Part shown: in pieces, positions 19,984-31,820 of the stretch
Layout of the letters: each line of letters opens with the position of its first letter
How positions within the stretch are numbered: the first letter of the stretch is position 1
From: Epithemia pelagica
Lineage: Eukaryota; Protista; Bacillariophyta
DNA length: 64,000 nucleotides
Assembly (NCBI GenBank): GCA_946965045.2
Contig: OX337235.1
Coordinates: forward strand, 1,302,001-1,366,000
Direction: 5' to 3'
The notes under the pieces: model-generated
Told to the model about the DNA's origin: nothing
Database searches by the model: none
The model's input: the letters and a program-made list of their open reading frames with translations, nothing else
Position numbers and translations under genes: made by a program

Positions 19984-22464
19984 ATGGTAGCTTTGGAGGT
20001 GACAGCAACAGATCCTTCTTCTTCTCAGTTACCAACTCCTTCATCCACAACCACGTCGTCGGGAGATTCGCAGAAACCAGTGGAATCGACGCACCAGCAA
20101 CAAGAACCAAAGGTATCATCGACTGAATCTTTGCCCAAGACAAAAAAGTTGTCCAAGAAAAAGTCCAAAAAGAGCCCCAAGTCGTCGTCAAAGGATCATC
20201 ATCGTCGCAAGAGCTCAAAAGTTCCGACGGTAGACGATATGACGGAAGATCCTACCGAGTCGACCACCGGCAGCAACAACAGTGGAACGACCGACAAACA
20301 GTCGACCTCCAAAAAGAAGCAAGACTTGAAAGAAGGCCAAATCGTCTATTACAAAACGACTGGAAAAGCAACCATTCTCAAAGTGCATTACGATGATGAA
20401 TTGGAACCTTTTTTTACCATTTCGCTCCCGGATGGTCGCGAAAAGCAAACCACAGAGAATCATTTGAGCATTCGAAACCCATTGCCCGCAGTCCTTCAAG
20501 AAATGATTCAAAAGCTCTCGGATACACAGTTGCAATCGGTCTACGACTTTGTCTCCCAAATGAATTCTTCTTCTCCCACGGAAGGTCCCAACTCGAATCA
20601 CCGTCCGCAAGCGTCTGAAGTTTCGCTCAACCATGCCATTCAGGATGCCATGGCCGGTTTTCATCACCGCCGCCAAGAGAGTACGGCGAGCAGCAGTACT
20701 CCACCTCGTTCATCCCACAAAACGCAACAGACTGGTAGTCACTCGCCCATTCCTGCGTCGACTGCATCGAACATGCCGTCGCAACAACTACCACCACCGT
20801 CTCCCCTGCATCCACAACAACAACAGCAGCAAACACTCCACCAACCGTCCCAGACACCCAATGGTTTCGGTGTTGCTTCCGCTAATCCTACAGCAGCAGT
20901 CTCCGTGAATCCTCATCCGCATGCCATGTTGCAACAACCGACAATCTCACCGCATCCACAACAACCGCAACGGCCACAACAGTCTCCTTACCAAACAGGG
21001 GCAGCATCGGCTCATCCACAAGGACAAACGTCAGCGAGTCACATGACGGCGGCAGCAGCGGTAACCATGTCCATGCCAGTGCTGCAACACCCCCAGTCGA
21101 TGCAACCGTCGTCGTCTTCTATGGGACAAGTCATGTCTCCTCCTCAGCAGCAGCAGCAACCACTTCCACAACAACCAAATCATGGACAGCAGACAGCCGT
21201 GATGCAAGGACAAGGACCCACAGCCATGGCATCCCTACAAAATCCTCAACTACAGTTCCAACAGCAGCAGCAAGTGCAAGGACCTTCTCCGGCACATGCT
21301 CGAACGCTCTCGGGAACGCCACAAACGCAATTTCAACAACAGCAACAGACGCTTCCACAAAACCAGGCATTGCAACGGACCGTTCCTTCACATTCTCGAA
21401 CACTCTCGGGAACGCCACAAATGCAGTTTCAGCAGCAGCAACAACAACAGCAGATTCCTTACCAAAATCAGGCTCAAGGCCCGTCTCCGGCACACTCACG
21501 AACCCTATCGGGAACGCAACTATACCATTCGTCCATGACCACGACGAACCATGGACAGCATGCAACCGGAGCTGTAGGACACCAAGCTGCCGGCAGTGCA
21601 ACGGTTCTGCCAGGCCAGGTGCCTACACCGCAGGCTGCTGTCACGCCGCAAGGACATGCATCGGTTCAACCCAACAGAATTATGAATCAACAAGTGGTTC
21701 ATCATCCAGCAGCACAGCAGCAGCAAGCGCAGCAACATTTAGCTCCGCAACAGCAAGCGCAGCAACATATAACTCAGCAACAGCATGTTGCTGCAGCACA
21801 GCAACCGCCCACAAGTGGTGGATTCCAAGGACAAGCCCAGGCGCCAACCTCCTCTCAACCACCCCAACAGACGCCCCAGAAATTACCCGAGCAGTACAGC
21901 GACCCAAAGATTATGAAGTGTGTCGCCATGGGATTTGATCCAGCACAGAGTTTTGCAGCCTTGCAAAAAACAAGTGGAAACCTAGAAGAAGCAATTAACC
22001 TCTTGCTTTCCTCGCGAAGCCCCGCCCAAAACGGAATGGCCAATCATTCCACGACGACAATGCCAAGTCAAGGCCAACCAAACATGCAAACGCACCAAAA
22101 CCAACAACAACAACGACAACAACAGTTTCCTTTGAGTCAACAACAAGCTCAGCCCCACCCAATGTATCAACAACAGCCACAAGGACAACAACAACAACAA
22201 CAACAAGCTCCACACCCGTCTTTTGGGACCAACACGACTCAGGCGTCGACCGTATCCCAGCAGCCAGGTGCATTACAGCGACAGCAATCTTGGACAAGCG
22301 TCCAAAGTCAGGGAACTAGTTCCGTAGCAGGTGGTGGAATTTCGGACCCAACCAGTTATGCTCCGCCACAACAACAATCATTGCAACCACCACCTCCAGG
22401 GCATGTCAATCCGAACCAAGGATTGTACTATCCCAATCCATATCTGCCTCGACAGCAACAGTAA
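19984..22464 (+). CDS. Q/P/S-rich protein with a UBA domain and a small N-terminal beta domain
   Basis: UBA-like KCVAMGFDPAQSFAALQKTSGNLEEAINLLL; compact domain GQIVYY...KVHYDDELEPFFTISLPDGREKQT; poly-Q. Confidence 0.8.
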   Translation: MVALEVTATDPSSSQLPTPSSTTTSSGDSQKPVESTHQQQEPKVSSTESLPKTKKLSKKKSKKSPKSSSKDHHRRKSSKVPTVDDMTEDPTESTTGSNNSGTTDKQSTSKKKQDLKEGQIVYYKTTGKATILKVHYDDELEPFFTISLPDGREKQTTENHLSIRNPLPAVLQEMIQKLSDTQLQSVYDFVSQMNSSSPTEGPNSNHRPQASEVSLNHAIQDAMAGFHHRRQESTASSSTPPRSSHKTQQTGSHSPIPASTASNMPSQQLPPPSPLHPQQQQQQTLHQPSQTPNGFGVASANPTAAVSVNPHPHAMLQQPTISPHPQQPQRPQQSPYQTGAASAHPQGQTSASHMTAAAAVTMSMPVLQHPQSMQPSSSSMGQVMSPPQQQQQPLPQQPNHGQQTAVMQGQGPTAMASLQNPQLQFQQQQQVQGPSPAHARTLSGTPQTQFQQQQQTLPQNQALQRTVPSHSRTLSGTPQMQFQQQQQQQQIPYQNQAQGPSPAHSRTLSGTQLYHSSMTTTNHGQHATGAVGHQAAGSATVLPGQVPTPQAAVTPQGHASVQPNRIMNQQVVHHPAAQQQQAQQHLAPQQQAQQHITQQQHVAAAQQPPTSGGFQGQAQAPTSSQPPQQTPQKLPEQYSDPKIMKCVAMGFDPAQSFAALQKTSGNLEEAINLLLSSRSPAQNGMANHSTTTMPSQGQPNMQTHQNQQQQRQQQFPLSQQQAQPHPMYQQQPQGQQQQQQQAPHPSFGTNTTQASTVSQQPGALQRQQSWTSVQSQGTSSVAGGGISDPTSYAPPQQQSLQPPPPGHVNPNQGLYYPNPYLPRQQQ

Positions 22465-24131
22465 CCCACACACGGGCATTGTGAGCCCCTTCCTTTCGCT
22501 CCTGTCGTAGAACAATAAGGTGGTCGTGGTTGGCACGATGAATGAATAACAGCTCCAGTGACTGGCAACATGGGCGCTTGGGGGACTTGAAAACAATGAA
22601 ACGATAGAAAGACTAAACCGATTCTAACAATATTTGCCTACCTGGTAGTTTGCGGCATTGTGTGTTGGATCATGTCCAATCTGTGGTAGTACTGTCGGAG
22701 GACCATTGGCTGTCACTATTGTTTGATTCGCGCAAGTTTCGGTACCATGAGAAAGACACTGGTTGTCCTCCTCGAGACGACAGAAAATTAACATTCTTCG
22801 CAGTCTACGCCAGCTTGGACTCCAGCACGTGTGAATAATATCTATTTGGCATTCCAGGCCTCGACACACAACAAGAAAGAGTCCTTGTCGAGAGGACGAT
22901 ACCTTGCTTAGTACCTAGTGGGCTGCCGAACCCATCCTCTCCTACCACGACTCTTGTGCCCTCTCTGTCAAATTGTGTTTTTCGGGAATCCGGTCGTAGC
23001 ATTGCAGTATGCGGGCATTGTGTAAATGGGGAATAAACAATAATTTTCTCCAACATGAGAGCAGCTGCCCTTCTTGTTATAACAAGAAGGGAAACAAGTT
23101 GTGCTGTTGTACCCATGAAGGGTGACGTTTCGGTCCAGTCTCACAATGGCTGGACGGCCAATGGCAAGCAACCAAGGCCGAACGACTGGAGTCCTACGGA
23201 TAAAGCAAGTCAGCATACACCAACGAATGGCGTCCACAGGCTGGTAAGAATAGTGTCAAAGTCCAAGTGTATCCCTGAATGAAATGGATGGTGGTGAGAG
23301 TCCATGAAGCCAACCATAATGAAGAAATCCTCAGAGATTCTCATGTAGGAGCAAACTGGAGCGTGTCGTTGGCTTCGTCGAGCTTGGAAGGATTGCTTGG
23401 TCGTTCTTCCCAAATCTCTGTTGTATGTCGTTGATTGTTGAGCAGCAGACTTTTGGTCCATAATCACCTTCCATGCCTCGGATACCCACTACGAGTAGTG
23501 ACTTGACGCATGCAGGAGAGACAAGGCATCTTGTTGTTTGTGTTGTTCCTGTGCCACCTTGTTCGGAAGGTGGAATCATGGTCATTGCTCCGTGGCACTT
23601 TTGAGAATTGCAAAATAGCTTCCGGGAGAAAGGTATCGAAAAGGATGATACAGGAGAGATTCAGTTCCTGGGCCCCGAAACTCCTACCACATGGATGCAT
23701 TATCATGCTATACCATCTCACAGTCTCTTGGAATCGACATGTCGCCTCATTTGCATCTCTCACCTCTCACGACGTCGAACTTTGTGAGCGGTCACCGGTC
23801 ACCGGTCACATATCCAGAAGTTGATGCCAAGGACTCTGAAGCGTTCGGAACCATCTCTACTATTATAGTAACAGTACGAAATGGTACTTGAGCCGTGGAA
23901 AAAGTGCAACGGTTGAAGGAATTTGGGTGTACGTACTTCATCGCCACACAAGTTCGCTACGTGGAGCCCACGTAGAACAGAATCTTTTGGGTACGCGCGA
24001 ATCGCACGCGGTAATCTTTTTCTCGCCATCCATCGATCCGAACTCTTTTTGCGTTGTTCGACCAAACGACGACAGATTCTCTTCATTGGTCTCCCTGTGG
24101 TCGATTCCATTCAATCCGCCACCAACCAACC

Positions 24132-25678
24132 ATGACTTCCTTGACCGATATTGTTCCTCCCGGTGTCATTACGGGCGATGATGTCTTGACATTGTTTGAA
24201 CACGCTCGTACCAATGGATATGCCATTCCGGCCGTCAACTGTACCAGGTGCGTGAATGAATGGGCTTTGTTTTGTGGTGACGCATACGCCGTGTACACCA
24301 AGCATTGATTTCCTTGTCAATGGATCCAGATTGTCGGGCTCTAGGGCATTGGTGGCGTGGAATTAGTACGAGTGTGCAAACTGCTGTTGGAGGAGCATGA
24401 CGACGTCGAACCTCTTGGGTGTCTTGTCGCACACCGTCCCTTTTTATCCACGACGAGGCCCCCACTCGAATTGACTCTCGGCTGATATGGATGATATCGT
24501 GAAACCCGGTGTTTCCGGGAATGTCTGGAACTGCCGTCTCATGGTTGTTGTTGCTGTTTTTTCAATGATTCTTGTCCTTCTACAGTTCCTCCACTGCCAA
24601 TTCCGTCTTGGAGGCTGCTCGCAAGTCCAATTCTCCCATTATTATTCAAGTGTCCAATGGTGGAGGAACCTTTGTTTTTGGAAAGGGTGTCAAGCACGCT
24701 GACAGTTCGGCCATTGGTTCCGTCGCCTTGGCCATGCACGTTCGTTCCGTCGCCAAGTACTATGGTATTCCAGTCGTGTTGCATTCCGATCATTGTGCCA
24801 AAAAATTGCTGCCCTGGTTTGATGGCATGCTCCAGGCGGACGAAGAATTCTTTGACAAGTATGGAGAACCCTTGTTTGGATCGCACATGTTGGATCTTTC
24901 CGAAGAACCGGATGACGAAAATATTGCCATTTGTGTCGAATACTTTAAACGCATGGTCCCCATGAAAATTTGGCTCGAAATGGAAATTGGTATCACGGGT
25001 GGAGAAGAAGATGGAGTCAACAACGAAAATGTCGATCCCGAAAAGTTGTACACCTCACCCGAACAAGTGTACGCCGTCTACGAGGCCTTGTCCAAGATTG
25101 GTGACATGTTTTCTGTCGCGGCCGCCTTTGGAAATGTGCACGGTGTCTACAAGCCCGGAAATGTCGTTCTTTCTCCCGAACGTCTGGGCAAGCACCAAGC
25201 ATACACCAAGGAAATGATCAACTCACCCTTGCCGAAACCCATCTTTTTGGTCATGCACGGTGGATCGGGCAGTACGGACAAGGAAATCCAAACGGCCGTC
25301 GACCATGGAGTGATTAAGATGAACATTGACACGGACACTCAATGGGCCTACTGGGACGGTCTTCGTGCCTTTGAAAAGGAAAAGCACGATTACTTGCAGG
25401 GTCAGATTGGCAACCCGACGGGAAAAGACAAACCCAACAAGAAATTCTACGATCCTCGTGTGTGGATCCGAAAGGCCGAAGAATCCATGGTGGCCCGTGT
25501 CATGGTGTCGTGTGAAAAACTCTCCTCCAAGGGCACCTACACGGCCGTGACGAGTGAGGATGCCGCTCCGCAAATTGGAACGCCCAAAAAGACGCCTCCT
25601 CCCGTCGTGTTGGTCGCCGCCGGGGCCCTCGTCGGGGCGACGGCTACCATTCTGTTCAAGGCCTTTTCCAAGAAGTAA
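24132..25678 (+). CDS. FBA: Fructose-bisphosphate aldolase class II (type A), no plastid presequence, with C-terminal hydrophobic tail; intron 24248-24585
   Basis: AIPAVNCT|SSST, LHSDHC, HMLDLSEE, EMEIGITGGEEDG, AFGNVHGVY, VMHGGSG, KMNIDTD, KKFYDPRVW. Confidence 0.97.
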
Positions 25679-26153
25679 ACAGTGTCTCACAGCTCCATTA
25701 ATTGTATCATCATCATCTACATGAATTGCCCAAGATTCCCGTCACACACCAGGGTTCCTCACGACCCGCCCTGGTTCGCGCATGTCGAATGTCGACCCCA
25801 CTCACAATGACAAAGGTTTCCTCATGATACTCCTAATACTTTACTTTAAAACCAACCACTCTTATTATTTGTCAACACTATGATTCATCTTCCCCAGGAA
25901 CGCATGATATGTTTGTTCACTGTAGTAGTCAAACGATCTATCATCTTCCATTCGAAAGCATTACAATCTGTGATCTGTCGTGACCCATCTGCGATTGAAA
26001 CATGTTTCGGAAAATTGACGCAGATCGAATGCTGACGTTTTGGAGGGGACAAGGTGGGCACCTTCAAAATCTGAATTCGTCCGCCACCTCTATTGACCAT
26101 GCTGTCCAATCTGATTGCAGAATACGAGTAACAGAAAAAATGGTGTAGACAGG

Positions 26154-27337
26154 ATGTGGATGAGATTTGGTTGTACGATTTCGTTCCTTCTTCTTTCATC
26201 ACCACTTATCGTGGTACAAGGGTTCACCTTTTCGGACACAAGAACGTCGCATGTAGCGCAAGGAAAGAGGGTATCACCATCCTGGAAGCGTACTCCTTGG
26301 TCCCCAAGCAACAACAACCATAATAACAACAACAAATATGGTTCCAGCGGGAGACTGGAAATGGCGATTGTCGACTGGGAATCGATTGTTTTTAATGCCG
26401 AGTCTGTTGCCAATGATTTGGCTGGGCTGAGTTTGAAAGATCCATCCAATCTCGTGACATCCCTTCCCATTATGTATGGAGCTGGATTGCTTACCAGTGT
26501 ATCACCCTGTGTCTGGGGATTACTTCCCTTGACCATATCTTATATCAGCACAGCAGCAGGAGAGCGCTCCGACAAGGCCACAACCTTGCCCACCCTGGCG
26601 TTTGCGGCCGGATTGGCCGTTGTGTTTTGTACCTTGGGTGTGACGGCGGCCCAGCTGGGTGGAGTGTTTGGAGCGGCGAGTACAGGCAGCAATTACAGTA
26701 TTGTTCTCCCTCTCTTCTCGAACTCGATTTGTTTGGCAATGGGATTGCAACTACTTGGCTTTCTCAATCTTCCACTGCCCTCGTTGGAAGCCCTGAATGA
26801 GGTGCTGGGTACAAGACAATCTGGTTCCAGTACTTTGGACGAACCTATTCTCATTGATGGGTCTGGCCAAATATTATCCAGCAAGGGCAACGCGGATGAG
26901 AAGGGGTCTTTGTTTCGAACGTTTTTACTAGGAGGGTCTTCTGCCCTTGTGGCATCTCCGTGTGCGACTCCCGTGTTGACTTCTATTTTGGCCTTTGTGG
27001 CCAAGGCACAGAGTCCTGGGCTGGGTGCTCTATTGCTTTTGGGATATACTTTGGGGTATTCCACTCCTCTTCTACTCATTGCCGGTACGGGAGGTCAAGC
27101 ATTGGTCAATTTACGGCAATCGAACCAATCCGGAGGTCTCTACAGCAAATTTGCACCGTGGGTAACACGTAAGTTGTCGTTTTTTTTAGTTTTCGTTGCG
27201 CATCTTGAGATTTGTGCTCAAAGTTTCATTTTTTGGCAGCTGTTACGGGTGGTATCCTTCTGTGGTACGGAACGGGTGGTCTACTCACAGCTCTCTTTGG
27301 AGATCCGTCTGTCGCTGGTTTGGTGATTCTGGAGTAG
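26154..27337 (+). CDS. ccdA: Cytochrome c biogenesis protein CcdA (DsbD TM domain), plastid-targeted; intron 27169-27239
   Basis: AGLLTSVSPCVWGLLPLTISYI and LVASPCATPVL redox cysteines; signal peptide plus VQG-F cleavage motif; spliced C-terminus WVTPVTGGILLWYG. Confidence 0.92.
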
Positions 27338-27629
27338 ATCGATCCAAATTTCTGAATACAGTGTGAAAAGCATGACGGACAAACTTTGCGGGAAATGTTG
27401 TCCAGAGCTGAGATGGCTTTCACTCAACGTGAATTTTCGATATTGTCAAAGGCGAAAAGTAAGAGAGGCGTTCGCAGTAAAACGGATTTGGTGCACAGTC
27501 GACTATCTCTGTTGTTTCTTTGGCAAATGAATGGCTTTATTTTTACCCCAATAATATCAAGCAGAGATAAAATCTATTCTAGTGAATGGCCTCTATTCCA
27601 CGTCCCCTGTGAAACCACCTGTTGGTTGT

Positions 27630-30600
27630 TTATGTCGGCGGATGGCGTATGTCGTTGAAAAACTCTGTTGGCGGCGTACTCGAGTAGCTTGTTATTCTGT
27701 CAAAGTCATAGCTGGCTTCGTTCATAATGTCCTGTACAGGTCGTGCATCGCCTTCAAACGAATGCTCGAAACGAGGATCGCGAAGAGGGTCAATGTACTC
27801 TTCATTATGCGGTCTCAAGACAGTGAGACGGAGAAGCCCATTCCATGTTTTGGAAGCGTTGGACATGATTCTCAATACTTCACCCAAATTCAAGTGATCG
27901 GTTCTGGTCCCGTTCACGTTGACGATGCGATCTCCTGGCATAATCTGACCCAGGAGAGGAGAATAATCTTTCACCTTGGTAATGACAACGCCCTTAAAAG
28001 GCTGCTGTTCAATCAAAAGACCCAGCTTTCCTTTTGCGGGTGCTTCAAAGGTTTCCAAAACTCCCTCCTCGCTAAAGGAGCGTCCACCGCTGCTTGCAGA
28101 AGATGTTCGGCTGTTGGTACGAACATGATGAGAACCTTGGCTGTTGGACCGGACATGACTAGGCACTTGACCCACGGATGGACCGTGATTCGAGCCATTA
28201 CTGCTAGAACGGTTTAGACTTGGAGTTTGGCTACTCGCACGCGCAGTTCCATGTCCACTCGTTCGGTTAGCATGGCTACTGGTGTTGCTGCTTTGTACAG
28301 GGTTCGCAGAACGCCCCACCGACGAAGATCCTTGACTGGTTGGTCTTCCTCGAGCGGGTGTATCTTTCTTGTTTCGAGAGGATTTTTCTCCATCGCTGGT
28401 GTCTGACAACGACCTCTTTTGCGTTACTCTTGTCCATAGAGAGTCGAGAATACGCGTTCTAAACGCCCCGTTCGTATCATCAGCAGCATTGGACTGACCA
28501 GGTGTTCCTTCTCCCGATGTCTTTGATGGAGAACCATGGTTGTCGGAATTCTGCTGCTTCGGCGACTGTGTGGGCGGTGGAGTCAGCGATCTATCTCGGT
28601 TCATCATGGATGGAGAATCAGTGTTTGATCGGGGAGATCCTCGGGAGTTTGAGCCGTCACTCGGAACTCTCGGCGGACGGGACGCCATTGCCCATGGTCG
28701 TTTAGTGGGTGGTTTGACGGAAGCAGCGGCATACCTTGAAGTGGTGGTCGAACGCGATTCTGTATTAGGATTGCGATCACGAGATGAAGCGTTATTTGAA
28801 TTGCCTTCTGTAATGCGTTCCACTTCTTCGTCTTCTCGTGCGTCTACCGAAGAGGCGTAATCAGTGTCCTCAGCTTCGTCAGCGTCACTCGAGAAGACAT
28901 TGAAGGATTCTCCTCTGTTCAACTGGATGGTGTCCATAGTATGACGTGGAGCGGTATCAACCACTTTCTTTGAAATGAAATCAGCAATGACTGAAGCGTT
29001 GAATGGCTTCGTCTTGTCATTGATGGCGGAAACCAACGCAGAATCAGCGCGAAGCTGCATACCCGGAACGATATGAGACACCTTTTTCGATCGCTCAGTA
29101 TCAGTTGTGTCGCTTTCTATATTGTCAATGACAATCATTGGCGGAACAACTCCTGAAAACGGATGAGGTTCGACTTCCTCGCTTTCACTTGACACGACTG
29201 AGGTAGCCACAGATTGTTGGCTAGATCTGTTGAGCTCACCATCCGAATGAGGACTCATACTTGCGACTATTTTGGAGCCAAAACTGTTGGCAATGTCAAA
29301 TGAAGGTGACATTGAAGCCGATCGCGGTGAAGCTACTGAGTTTCCGGGAACGTTCTCAAACACGGTATTGTTCTCTGGCATGAAAGCCTGGCTCTTGTTT
29401 CGTCGCCGTGAGAAGATCATCAACCCGATAACAACAGCACCGATCACAGCTGCGGAAACTATCGATCCTGCAACAGCTCCTCTTGCAGGATTACCACTTC
29501 CAGTGTTTCCGACCACTTCTTGTATTTCTGAAGGTGAAGGAGGAAGCTTGACCACAGCTGTAGCCAGGGTTGTGTCACCGGAGCTTTGCAAAGCTTGTGT
29601 GAAGCCTGTAGATTGAAGTACATCGTCAACATTTTCCTGAGAGGTGGTAGTATCAATATTAATTGTCGCTCCTTTCAACTCATAAATGATTTCGATCTCA
29701 ATAGTTGTTGTATCTTGAAGGGCTCGAAGCTTTCTTTCTCCATTGTTTGCGACCTCTGTTTGCGACGTTACAACAATTGGATCCAACACAAATGTGTCAT
29801 CGGGAAATTGGGAAGTCAGGAAGTCAGAGATGAACGATGAAGTCACTTCCTCAAAAACACCAACCGATGTAGACCCCAGCTCTTCTTGGACGTTTAAGAG
29901 AGTCGTGGTGAAGGTCCAATCGATTTGCCCTATTGCCTCACATGCAACGTTGCATGAGACCGGACAGTTGTTGAGTAGTTCAAACACTTGAATCGAATTC
30001 AGCCCCAGAAACTGCCAGTTCAAGCAATTTGTTCCCCTATGAGATTCACAGCTGCTGCTAGTGACAGGGTTCTGATAAGATGCTTCGTCATGACAAGTTA
30101 ATGTTGGACTTGTCGATGGCGAAGTGGATGGGGAAGACGAGGGTTCAGTCGATGGTGATGATGAAGGACTGGTTGACGGGGAAGAACTGGGTTGACTCGA
30201 TGGCATATTTGATGGTGAAGTACTCGGTGAATTCGAGGGACTCGAAGAGGGAGAAGACGATGGCGCTGTGGATGGCTGCGCGGATGGGCTTTTCGATGGT
30301 ACGGAAGACGGTGATGACGTAGGTGATAGAGATGGTTGCATTGATGGGCTTCCGGATGGACTCGAAGACGGCGATGTCGACGGTGACGATGAAGGTGCTG
30401 AAGAGGGTTCAGACGACGGCGATGCGGTTGGTGACTCCGAGGGCGCAGTAGATGGCGTTGCAGTCGGGGATACTGAAGGCTCAGAAGACGGAACAGATGT
30501 TGGGCTTGTCGATGGCTGTGAAGAGGGAGATGATGTTGGGCTGGAAGAGGGAGATGATGATGGGTTGAAAGATGGAGGTGCCGATGGGTTGGAAGATGGA

Positions 30601-31820
30601 GTATTGGATGGAGAAAGACTTGGCGTTCCGGACGGACTTGACGATGGTTCAACAGATGGAATTGATGATGGACTGTCAGAGGGAGATGCTGATGGTATTG
30701 TCGAAGGTGACCATGTCGGAACCGATGATGGTGATACGGATGGAGAAGCAGAAGGTGTACTCGAAGGCATATGAGTCGGAGATGGGGTAGGAGCTGCTGA
30801 TGGAGAAGCCGATGGTTGTTCAGAAGGAAATGTCGAGGGCTGCATCGTTGGGGCTACCGACGGCTGATTGGTCGGCAATTCCGTTGGAAAGTGGGTTGGT
30901 TGCGACGAAGGCTTTGAACTCGGAGATTCACTCGGCGTCACGGTAGGCTCATTCGATGGTAATGGTGAGGGACCCTGACTTGGTGATTTCGTCGGCGTCA
31001 GTGATGGCTCGTCAGTGGGCGTGGCCGTAGGTGCAAAGGATGGTTCAAGAGAAGGTAGCGACGAAGGGAAATTGGTAGATTCATTACTCGGTGATGAACT
31101 AGGGATTGTTGAAGGAGTGGATGTTGGTAAGAGTGTCGGTGTTGAACTTGGTTTTGATGAAGGATGATTGGAAGGGAATAAAGTAAAGGCTGACGGAGTT
31201 GATGAAGGAATCGGACTCGGTAGTTGGCTTGCAAGAGGAGTAGGTGCTGCCGATGGTGAAACAGATGGGCTTTTTGTTGTGGGAGACGAACTTGGAAGGC
31301 CCGATGGATTGGTGGAAGGATTGTTGCTTTGTGATGTCGTTAGCTGGAAGGAAGGACTTGTTGGAAGAGACGTCGGAGATATACTGGAAGGATTCATGGA
31401 AGGTTGGACTGTTGGGCTCTCGACTGGTCTGCTTGATGGTACCGGCGTCGGAAACTGAGAGGGCACCAAAGTGGGTTCGGTACTTGTGGGCATCACAGAC
31501 GGAGGTATGCTAGGCCTCTCACTCGGATTGACCGACGGAATGGGTGAAGGAATGACTGATTCCGATGGAAGAGAGCTTGGAGCCATGCTGTCGGTCTCGC
31601 TTGATGTCGTTGTAGCTGTTTGATCGATATTTGGCCTTGATGAAGGCTCTGATGATAGAGTGGGTATTGTTGAATGTACACTTGGTGTAGAACTGGGACT
31701 AAAGGAAGGAAGGTTGCTCAATGACTCCACCCGTCTGGTCCTCAACAAGGAAGCGTCAGGGACCGCTTCGTTTGCCGATGCATCCGGTACAAACGGCAAC
31801 AGGAGCGTCCAGAAAAGCAT
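27630..31820 (-). CDS. Type I membrane protein: signal, PS/PT mucin-like stalk, Cys module, TM, cytoplasmic C-terminal PDZ domain (~1396 aa)
   Basis: MLFWTLLLPFV signal; long PSxx array; CHDE...C...C...CPVSCNVAC; RKLRAL; TM GAVAGSIVSAAVIGAVVIGLMIF-SRRR; PDZ KGKLGLLI...GVVITKVKDYSPLLGQIMPGDRIVNVNG. Confidence 0.85.
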   Translation of the reverse strand: MLFWTLLLPFVPDASANEAVPDASLLRTRRVESLSNLPSFSPSSTPSVHSTIPTLSSEPSSRPNIDQTATTTSSETDSMAPSSLPSESVIPSPIPSVNPSERPSIPPSVMPTSTEPTLVPSQFPTPVPSSRPVESPTVQPSMNPSSISPTSLPTSPSFQLTTSQSNNPSTNPSGLPSSSPTTKSPSVSPSAAPTPLASQLPSPIPSSTPSAFTLFPSNHPSSKPSSTPTLLPTSTPSTIPSSSPSNESTNFPSSLPSLEPSFAPTATPTDEPSLTPTKSPSQGPSPLPSNEPTVTPSESPSSKPSSQPTHFPTELPTNQPSVAPTMQPSTFPSEQPSASPSAAPTPSPTHMPSSTPSASPSVSPSSVPTWSPSTIPSASPSDSPSSIPSVEPSSSPSGTPSLSPSNTPSSNPSAPPSFNPSSSPSSSPTSSPSSQPSTSPTSVPSSEPSVSPTATPSTAPSESPTASPSSEPSSAPSSSPSTSPSSSPSGSPSMQPSLSPTSSPSSVPSKSPSAQPSTAPSSSPSSSPSNSPSTSPSNMPSSQPSSSPSTSPSSSPSTEPSSSPSTSPSTSPTLTCHDEASYQNPVTSSSCESHRGTNCLNWQFLGLNSIQVFELLNNCPVSCNVACEAIGQIDWTFTTTLLNVQEELGSTSVGVFEEVTSSFISDFLTSQFPDDTFVLDPIVVTSQTEVANNGERKLRALQDTTTIEIEIIYELKGATINIDTTTSQENVDDVLQSTGFTQALQSSGDTTLATAVVKLPPSPSEIQEVVGNTGSGNPARGAVAGSIVSAAVIGAVVIGLMIFSRRRNKSQAFMPENNTVFENVPGNSVASPRSASMSPSFDIANSFGSKIVASMSPHSDGELNRSSQQSVATSVVSSESEEVEPHPFSGVVPPMIVIDNIESDTTDTERSKKVSHIVPGMQLRADSALVSAINDKTKPFNASVIADFISKKVVDTAPRHTMDTIQLNRGESFNVFSSDADEAEDTDYASSVDAREDEEVERITEGNSNNASSRDRNPNTESRSTTTSRYAAASVKPPTKRPWAMASRPPRVPSDGSNSRGSPRSNTDSPSMMNRDRSLTPPPTQSPKQQNSDNHGSPSKTSGEGTPGQSNAADDTNGAFRTRILDSLWTRVTQKRSLSDTSDGEKSSRNKKDTPARGRPTSQGSSSVGRSANPVQSSNTSSHANRTSGHGTARASSQTPSLNRSSSNGSNHGPSVGQVPSHVRSNSQGSHHVRTNSRTSSASSGGRSFSEEGVLETFEAPAKGKLGLLIEQQPFKGVVITKVKDYSPLLGQIMPGDRIVNVNGTRTDHLNLGEVLRIMSNASKTWNGLLRLTVLRPHNEEYIDPLRDPRFEHSFEGDARPVQDIMNEASYDFDRITSYSSTPPTEFFNDIRHPPT
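30085..31600 (-). repeat. Degenerate 12-bp-period coding array (PSxx/PTxx tetrapeptides)
   Basis: PSSSPSTSPSSSPSTEPSSSPSTSPS-type repeats in the translation. Confidence 0.85.

Noticed and set aside
22500-24100. Short ORFs in the UBA-aldolase intergenic region, including a (GGTCACC)x3 run near 23790
   Set aside because: No coherent gene model or homology; the short repeat is within chance expectation
30098-31458. Plus-strand DG/EG-rich and His/Arg-rich ORFs
   Set aside because: Antisense or alternative-frame shadows of the PS/PT coding array
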